A stretch of 64,000 nucleotides of DNA from Eledone cirrhosa (Eukaryota): the NCBI GenBank assembly GCA_964016885.1, contig OZ024741.1, positions 383,656,001 to 383,720,000 on the forward strand. The letters are read 5' to 3'. This document shows, in pieces, positions 54,495-64,000 of the stretch. Under the pieces are notes generated by a model that worked only from the letters and a program-made list of their open reading frames with translations, searched no databases and was not told where the DNA came from. A program made the position numbers and the translations under genes. How positions within the stretch are numbered: position 1 is the first letter of the stretch; each line of letters opens with the position of its first letter.

Positions 54495-56301
54495 AACAGA
54501 AATAACAACTCAATCGGTACATTATATGGAAGGAATATATTAGGTTAACGCTAGAAGGAAGAATGAGAAATTAATAATTCTGAATTAAAATATCGCCGAG
54601 GTCAAATTTGACTTTTATCCTTCCGAGCTTTCAGGGTTGTTATAATTATATTACTAATAAAGTACTGGTTGATATAATCAACTTTCTTCCCCGTGCCACG
54701 ATCTACTGGTTTTGAGGATACATTAGAAACGCATATTATTTCAATGTATATAATATTAAAACTCATATCCTAGTAATGAAGCCAGTTATTTAGTGAAGGA
54801 GAAACCAAGATGTGCTTCAAGACGACTAATTCAAGGGTGGGTAGTAGAAGCAAGTGTGGGTTCGAGGCGGCAGGAATTTAAACAAGTACACTTGTAATTA
54901 ATATGTTGAATTCAGGGGAAGACATAGCGGGAAATGAAATAGATGTGAGTTTGATGTGAGCTCGATCTATTCCCGTAATAAAATAAATAATGCTTCATTT
55001 TTACAAATTTGTTTCTGTTAGCGCATTTACATTTTATTTTATTTTTTATTTTAAGTGTCTACAGTCCATTTGGTGTTTTGTGCACCATGGCGGCTCTGTT
55101 TGGATATCGGGATTCAGAATAAATACTTTTCAACGTTATTATTTTTTCCGGAAGCAATTTTTGGACTTAATTATTCAACCACTTTTTAAAGAGTGGATTA
55201 TTAGGGGCACGTAATTACCTTTGACAATTAAAGAGTTGTTAGAATAGTTTACACATTCATACATCAATAACTATGCAACTCCAGGAGGTTTAGTAGTTAG
55301 GGTGTTCGGCTCATATTTACCATTACTGGCGTTATTGTGCGGCCTCGAACAAAGGCATTATTTCACCTTATTTCAGATCACTCAACTGGCAAAAAATAGT
55401 TCTCTCACGCCACCTCACGCTGAATCCCCCAGAAAAGTACATTAAGGTCACATGGGTCTGGGAAAAGCTCAGCCGCTTGCCGATTTAGCTTTACCGTTGA
55501 TCGAACAACATGAACACTTATCTTCGAAACTGACGGAAGTCCAAATCTAAAAATAGTTATAATCTCACAAACACAGACTCATGCACCTCCTCACGTTCTA
55601 CATACACCCACATGTAAACTTCTATGGTAAAGATGATACATTACGTGTTAATGCATAGGTACACAACAGTACCTGCAGGCTGTACACAACGGTTCACAAA
55701 GCAGGAAGCAACAGTGCGACGTTTCGGCCTAATTCATTGACACAGAATGAATTTCTGAACGAGATCTCGTTTTGTGATCTCTTGTGGAAAGGGGCTATCA
55801 CCCGAAAGGTATGTTGGAACATACTCTAAAAATGGTGATTTTGTTTAATAATGTGAATTAATAATGTGACGTTGTGTGTGTTTCTGTGTCTGTGTGTTTG
55901 GCTTTGTGTTAATAATTTGCGTCAATTAATAATGTGGTGTAAGTTATGGAAACAGTGCCAATATAAAATAGAATGTAAATGTGTTGGAATTATGGTGGGT
56001 GTAGCCCTTCTGATTGCTATGACGAGATGTTCTATTGATGAAACACGTGCTATGATGAACCCAAGTGATTTTAGATGTAGGCAGGCTTTAAATACCTCGT
56101 TCCTGAGGTCAGATCCTGTTTTTAGGGTATTTTCAAGGCCTCTAAAAATCCTGGAACATGATATATTGTCTGGATTCCTTCAGGATTATCTGTTTTATTT
56201 TACGGGAGACTCCTTTATTTTTTAACTGCCAGATTCGTTTTTCCAGGCCGTGGTGGTTTTCATTTTGGCGTACCTAAAGGAAGAAACGAGTGAGTAGAAT
56301 T

Positions 56302-56469
56302 GTTGTTTAAATCGATCTTGCAGCATTCTACATATTCACTGCTCTGTGCATGGTTGTTGGTGATATGTGTAACATCGGTCTCACATACAATGGATGTTAC
56401 ACTTATCACCAACTCCATGCATAGTGCAGTGAATGATATGCAGTATGCTACAAGATCGATTTTAACAAC
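56302..56469. repeat. Imperfect foldback palindrome (~75-bp arms)
   Basis: GTTGTTTAAATCGATCTTG...GTAACATC / GATGTTAC...CAAGATCGATTTTAACAAC. Confidence 0.8.
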
Positions 56470-57949
56470 GATTTGATATTACAGCTCTACTGCAGTGGGC
56501 AATTTTCTTTTATCCTGCAAAAGCATCCTGAAACTTCATCTGATTTGTTTTTAGCAGGTAACTTTGACCTAATGGAGAGGCTGCAGGAATAGTTTATCTT
56601 CAGAAAGCGCCTACTGAATATTTTACTGTACCTATGTTGTCGGGGAAAATACCTATCTAGCAGATCTAAGTACTACTTCCGTACTTTACTCTTAATATTA
56701 ATGGAGTAGGGGTGAACCAGATTATTTTTCAATGTCTATATTTATTTTTAGGTTTGTTGAGTGGATTGGTGATAGGGTATGTACTTAGTCATGCTGTCGA
56801 GAAGGATATTGTTTTAGTAGAATGCTGCCTTAACAAATATCTACTTAGTTGATGAAAGGTTACATATCGTAAATTCTTTCATTTCCACTCATCATCGTTT
56901 TCTCAATATTCGTCCTGTCATGTAACCTATAACTTTGAATGCCTTTAAAACATTATCTACTGTCCTTTAGTGCATAAAAAAGACTAATATTAGGGACTAC
57001 ATTTTTAAAGACTATGCGGGGTAGCAAGATCCTCTAATAGTAAATATATTTCGTTTTCCTGTTAGGTTTATGGTATGGTTTATACGCACCTGAGACCAAG
57101 TCTGATTTAACGTCAATGAAATTAGCATTAGAGAGGTTCGTATCTATAGCATTTCAAAGTCCCAGTGCGCGAAAGGCTTCTATTAAATCTTTGTGGAACC
57201 ATTCCAGGGAATGATCATTGCAATTGTGTGATAAAGAAAGGTCATCGTCTCACTATAGACCAATATAGAATGGATGGGGAATTTTCACTTAGTGTTTGGA
57301 GGATATATAATTCAACAGGTCACACACATCGGCACTGTCATACGGTCCCATCGAAACGTCAAAGGAATCTTCTGGATCGGATTTTTAACCTATACACCCC
57401 CATTATCAAACAGGAAGGCCCACCCGGCATGCATAATTATTTCTAATTTCTGGTCGTTAATGTAACTAAAACTACGGATAAACTCCAACGCTTTGTCTAA
57501 AAGTAACTTAGAAATGGAGGGTTAACCATCTATTATATCGAACTGAATGAACCTACTTGTAATTTTCGAAGAAATGTCTCTGAGCCAGGATATGACAGTA
57601 AGAAGCTAGTGCTGTTCTTAATGCGTACGTTAATCTCTAAGAATTTTTACTAGATAGTCCTAATTTTGTATTAACGGGGGTTATCAATCTACAAGTAGGC
57701 CTGTGTATGAAGTCTGACCTAATGTCTTACATTAGGATGAAGGTGTTAGCTAAGCATCCTACTCTAGTGTCGATCTTTTATCACTTACATCATTAATTTT
57801 GTTACAACTGTCAGGAATAGCCACCTGGTATTTATTAGTTACATTGTTAAGAATAAGTTGATTATATTTATCTTTATAGACTTCGTGTAGGTTTTGCTCT
57901 TTTTTTTATATATTTTCAAGTCTATTTTATATGAAACCAAGGTTAGAGC

Positions 57950-59380
57950 TATCACTACCAACCATGCAGAGAACAGAATTCTACATGGGTTGAACTCATG
58001 GAATAAATCTGAACTCAAGAAACGAGCTTTTAAAGGCCTGTTTACACTTCAAGAGATATTTGCTTTCATCATTAAAAGCTACACACAATTAGAGATGGAA
58101 ATATATCCTGCGCTGGAATTTGTAACAAAGAACGCGTAAGCAGGGAATATAACATCTGTATTAGAAAGATATTGTCTTCTGAACTTTAGGTGCACAACAA
58201 ATCAATAGACCACAATGCGTTTGCTATACCTGAGCTGGCACCAACATTTGGACTATTTGGCTGGACGCTAAATGAGTTCCGAGTCATTGATGTTAATACC
58301 CCAAAAGTTCTAACCGGCACCTGAAATTTCTAAAACATCAGTGATATATTTCAGCTCTACCTGAAAAGTAAAATGGGAGGCAGATGCTTAGCATTTAGAA
58401 TTTTAGTACCGCATCATATTACCCCGACAACATCTATGAAATTAGAAAGTATAGACGTCGATCTAAAGAACAAGCGTTTCTAAATGAGACAGATAATATC
58501 ATGAGAGCTGGCAAGGAGCTCCTTGGGAAATACTCCCTGTATAATAACCAAAATCTCACAATGAGGGAAAATGCACAGCAAAATGGCAATGAATCCACGA
58601 ATGAAATGTTGCATGCTTAGCAAAAACTTATGCAAGCCAATATTACCAAAATGCTTTAAAGTGAGAGTAATATAGATAAGCAAACCAGTCTATCTTGGAC
58701 CACCAACCAGTACATTAGTCCTCATTTTGAAGGATATGCGTTTTCATTCCAAGACCAAAAATTACCAATGAAATACTTAATCCACAAAAATGACAGGCAA
58801 AACAGGCGAGCAAAACACCTAAATGTGCAACAGATGCAGGCTCTACGGAATAAACATCGACGATCTTACTCACATCATAAGTAGCTGTCCAACGATGTCA
58901 TCCCGATACTATCTGCCTTTGGGGCATGTTTTAGAGTTCAAAGCACAATACAATGAAATCCTTAGAAAGGACAGCAATGAGGATAAACATAGAAACCGTT
59001 ACTGTGATGTGTATGGTATATGCATACATATTATGAAAGAGTACTGGTGAAATGTTCCTGTCAAACCCCCAACAAAATACAAACATAACAGACGAGATAT
59101 AGTGATATAGGACAGAGAAAAAAAAGGTATATCATTAGGGGAAATCAGCTACCCAGCAGATGTCAATATAATGCTAAAGATTAGGGAAAAGTAGAACATT
59201 TAGGGAACAAATGGGGAACCGGCAGATACCTTTAGATTCGTACCTGCGATCATCAGTGCTCTGGGATATGTTACTAACTGCATCGGTACACATCATGAGA
59301 ATCTTAGAAAAGGCACAGCTAGTTAGGACGTTGTACGTATAGTACGTTAATCGAACTGTAGAGATATGTAAAAACCTGTC
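57950..59380 (+). mobile_element. Decayed R4/NeSL-like LINE 3' part (restriction-like endonuclease)
   Basis: FAIPELAPTFGLFGWTLNEF, LYLKSKMGGRCL, CRL..DDLTHIISSCP..Y..H, HNRRDIVI.D..EISYP. Confidence 0.75.
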
Positions 59381-59595
59381 AGATAATCAGCATGTAGTAA
59401 CTGGATATACTCTTGTATAGATACAGAAAAATATGCACTGTTACCATGCAACTCAAAACATACAGATCCACACATACAATAATACCCGTACCTGCACAGA
59501 GAGAAAGAGGGAGAAAGCGGGAGAGAGAGAGCCATGTACACCTATTTATCAAGTTTATATTGTCGTAATTTCAAAGAAAGAGTCTTCCTTCGATG

Positions 59596-59685
<90 letters not shown>

Positions 59686-59686
59686 G

Positions 59687-59726
<40 letters not shown>

Positions 59727-60009
59727 CACTAATACATTTCACTATCATTTGATAATGCATATAAATGCAGAAACCGGTAATAGACAATAATTAAATATAT
59801 AAATAGATAAATAAATGCCATTGTTAAATAAAAAATAAATCAACTAATACCTTAACACTTCACACAAAGTAAAACATTTCGTTTTAATCATTTTCTAACC
59901 CAGAAAAAAGAGTGAAATAACAACCCAACCAGGAACTGGGCATATCAGAGTATTGACAAAATTATACACCTCAACAACATATGTACTTGTCTATACCACA
60001 CTAATTCGG

Positions 60010-60064
60010 ACTGCCTGAAGAGGTCACGGCCAAAGATGGCTGTCACCGAAATATATATAGCAGT
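60010..60064 (+). ncRNA. Type I hammerhead ribozyme
   Basis: ACUGC-CUGAAGA-GGUCACGGCCA-AAGA-UGGCUGUCACC-GAAAU-AUAU-AUA-GCAGU, then AATAAA. Confidence 0.85.
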
Positions 60065-60210
60065 AATAAACGAAGCTAAATTTTAAACATTTGACTTTTA
60101 TTTTACTTTATTTTACATTACTCCGGAGTAACCAAACCAACCTGCGCACTTCGTCGAGTGCTCCAGCCTGCACACTGAGGTGTTGGTATACAACCAACAT
60201 ATACTCAAAA

Positions 60211-60281
<71 letters not shown>

Positions 60282-60480
60282 GTGAGGTTTTTTTACGAAA
60301 TGAAAAATAACCGAGGTGTCCTACACGAATGAAAGTATAAAGAAAAAAAGATGAAATCGAAAATGCAACTGGAGTCTTATTTTTAAGAAAATATATTTAT
60401 TTGGTTCCTTTACCGGTTTCGCAGTTTTTCTGCTTTTCAAAAGTAGAGTTGAGATGGAGGGTCGGTGGTTTTTCTCACAT

Positions 60481-60517
60481 CTTTTGAAAAGCAGAAGAAC
60501 TGCGAAATCGGTAAAGG
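60481..60517 (+). ncRNA. Minimal hammerhead, U3-A8 core (inverted partner at 60407-60443)
   Basis: CUU-UUGAAAA-GCAG-AAGAA-CUGC-GAAA-(U/C)CGG-UA-AAG. Confidence 0.75.
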
Positions 60518-60894
60518 AACCAAATAAATATATATATTTTCTTAAAAATAAGACTCCAGTTGCATTTTCGATTTCATCTTTTTTTCTTTATATATATATA
60601 ACATCGAAACAAGACTCTTTCTTTGAAATTACGACAACATAAACTTGATAAATATGTGTGCATGGCTCTCTCTCCCGCTTTCTCCCTCTTTCTCTCTGTG
60701 CAGGTACGGGTATTATTGTAGTGTGGATCTGTATGTTTTGAGTTGCATGGTTACAGTGCATATTTTTCTGTATCTATACTACATGCTGATTATCTGAAAG
60801 GTTTTACATATCTCTACAGTTCGATTAACGTACTATACGTACAACGTCCTAACTAGCTGTGCCTTTTCTAAGATTCTCTCTATATATATATAAG

Positions 60895-60977
<83 letters not shown>

Positions 60978-61383
60978 TATCCCAGTTCCATGGTAGGAGT
61001 AATTTTTAAAAGTGTCGTGCAGTTTCTAGACAACCAATAAATAGGGTACGCGACGCTATTAGATAGCTCCCCATTGTGTTGTATTCATGTCAAATACATA
61101 TGACTCTTAGATGATTCTTCTCAACGACATTAATCAAATAAGGTGATATAGCAGTATTTACGCTGTTGCTCTTCCTGCTAGAAATAGCACACACATCTCC
61201 CTTAAATCACTTTTTAAATCATTATATCTAATATGTACCAATCATTATATCTAATATGTACCAAGCATGGTTTTATCCCGTAAATACATTACCCAATTAT
61301 ATCTAATATCATTGGGTAATGTATTTACGGGATAAAACCATGCTTGGTACACATACTTAATCGATGTTTAAAAAAATGACTGG

Positions 61384-61437
<54 letters not shown>

Positions 61438-62257
61438 AAACGAAAAATCACTGATACATCTGAACTCAATTTATTGTGTGTTACAATTGTTTCGCCGCCG
61501 GCAGACAGCTCGAGACACAATCATTGTGTGGATCTGTCTGATTCTGGATCTGCAGGTTCGTCGGACACTTCTAATAATTTCGGATCAAATTTTCTTATAT
61601 AAAAATTCTTATATATATATATATAAGAATATCAATAAGATAGTTGCTGATTTTACATAAATCGTTTATTCATAATAATTATTTTAACGGTTCTCCCATG
61701 CAATCCAATATGTAATTTATTCTGCTTATGAGAACGGTATCATGAGATCAATTTCGATTTCGTGATATGCCGCAGACAGAAAAACACGTGCTTCTGTTCG
61801 CGCGCCTGGCAGACATAGGCAACAATATATATCTATCTCTCTCTCTCTATATATATATATATATGGGGGGGGTTGTAGTCAGTAAAGAAAAAGCCCTGAA
61901 TATGTATTATAGAGGTATGGACGAGGTGAAATCACCTTGCTTCAGGAAACTCTGAGTACCTAGGAAGGTACATGTCAGTTTTCCATGCTTTTTGTAGATT
62001 ATATTATAGATATATACTTGAATAAAATATAAACAGGATCCTAGATACATAAAAGTAGGATTTTGGTATCTTCTGCCCTCAGACAAAAGGTTGGGAACGA
62101 AATATGAAATATGAAATAATCTCTTGCATATTCGAAATTCACTATGGAATAGTTAAAAGGTTTTCATTTGAATACAGTCGAAATGAGTATTCTGCATTCA
62201 AATATCATAGCATCGAAGGAGTTGCACCCGTTCTCAAATGCCACAGACAAACACACG

Positions 62258-62364
<107 letters not shown>

Positions 62365-62614
62365 GTATGTATATATTATATATATATATGAATAGTTAGT
62401 TAAATAGATAGGTAAGTAGATAGATAGATATGTAACTCTCTATATGTAACTCTATATAAAAGTATGTAAACATTCCTTCATATAAGTGTCCTTATATTTA
62501 TCATTTCGATTCAACCAATACGGTGTTGTTTTATCACAATCCATACCCTCAAAAAATTGATGTATTAGTCAATACATAGCAAAGGATAATGTTACATAGA
62601 CAAACATGGCAAGT

Positions 62615-63600
62615 AATTTTCTTTATTTCCCATAAGAGCGACAGATGACGGTAAGATTCGAAGAACAATTACACAAACTGTGATTGTTTACGAAGAATCG
62701 ATTAGGTAAAAGAAAACACGCATACGAAAGAAACTAAATCAAGCTTCTTAATAGAGGACAGATATATACAATGAACTAAGAAACCCAACAGATCCAGAAA
62801 TACTCTGAATACTCAGAACAAGTTCACTCTTGCAGTTGTATTCTTTGGGCTTTCAGGCGCATGTGAATATTCCGTCGTGTCATTCTTTTTGTCCTCCAGC
62901 AAATTTATTGGAAGGAGCAACCTCCAGTAAATTTGTGGAAAGGTGTGCTTCTAGCTTTACCTTTCTTTTCAAGGGAAACTTGAAAATGCTGTTGAGGCTT
63001 TGGCCGAAGAGTAAAGTATTCATTGTCAGTTCTTTCTATCTTGTCTTTTCATACAATCACTGACGACATAGAAACATGTCAGAGGAACACTACCTGGCCT
63101 CGCACTCAATGCAATGTGGTGGAATGATCTTCGCGATAGCCAAATCTGTCCTATACGTGGCAAGAGCTGTTTGACATAACTCCATAAGTGATACGCGGAC
63201 ACTGAACGAGTATGTGCTCTACGCATATCACACACATACATGACTAACCCCGCTACCATCCTTGTGGATTTTATAAAATAAAACTTGTAAAGCTCTCCCT
63301 AAGCCATGGATTTCTGGAAGTTCCTTTTATGTTCTTCGAGCTGAAAGTCTCCCGGAATAAGCTACTAGACTGATCTCCATTGACACCCAGAATCTCACAG
63401 AGAATGTCGTTGGACTTACGTACTACTAAACGACAATATATTTCAATTGATAACAATCACAATGCGAACACCATGTGAGGAGTTAGTGGTTGTCTGCTAG
63501 TCTATTTAATGTACAGATTGTAAATTGATCATTGAATCTAACCTGAGCAGGATTTCTCATAATATAGTCTTCTTCATTCGAGAGTTGCCTGACAATAAAT
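62615..63600 (-). mobile_element. Old 3' fragment of a Tx1-like LINE related to copies A and B
   Basis: LWSYVKQLLPRIGQIWL and RLVVRKSNDILCEILGV..SLFRETFS align to the ORF2 C-terminus; the 3' end TTTCTTTATTTCCCATAAGAGCG resembles the ends of A and B. Confidence 0.7.
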
Positions 63601-64000
63601 GAGCTTACTGCTGTATTGTATCCCGGTTGCCACTAATGATTATGCATATACTGTTTGGATAGTAACACAAGTTAATCTTCAATTATAAATGTATTCACAT
63701 GTGAATGAAAGTGATTGTGAACCCGCATAATTTATTGCATGCATCTTATAAAAACAGAAAAGCTATGTTATCTATTATATCTCAATAATATGTGCTTTCA
63801 ATAGATGTACTTAATTTTCACACAGCAAAACAAACCAAACCAGTTAAACACCAAGATTGCGCCTTTACAAACACATTAGATATGAGACCTACATACATAT
63901 ATATTCATTCATACATACATACATATACAAACAAACATTTCATACACACATACATACACACACACACATACATACACACACACACACATACATATACACA

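Noticed and set aside
55705-55815. GGCCGAAACGUC with upstream hairpins (minus strand)
   Set aside because: No recognisable CUGANGA or UUGANAA half.

Overview
AT-rich eukaryotic DNA dense in microsatellites. The repeat content resembles an octopus/cephalopod genome (inference). I found no supportable host protein-coding gene; most ORFs in the track are (TA)n/(TG)n/(GA)n artefacts. The window is a retroelement graveyard containing: (1) two full-length but disrupted, diverged Tx1/L1-clade LINEs in head-to-tail tandem (5958-17512, minus), embedded in (GATA)n DNA; (2) at least three Penelope-like element (PLE) families with RT and/or GIY-YIG remnants; (3) RTE, R4-like and CRE-like LINE remnants, a Helitron 3' end, hAT-like MITEs and many tRNA-derived SINEs. 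The most striking unannotated signal is about 25 hand-found type I hammerhead ribozyme (HHR) motifs from many families. They sit in PLE termini and in small palindromic insertions within (TA)n tracts. Two families carry a compensatory U3-A8 core (UUGANAA instead of CUGANGA), and several have greatly enlarged stem II domains. All folds and alignments were done by eye, so boundaries are approximate.
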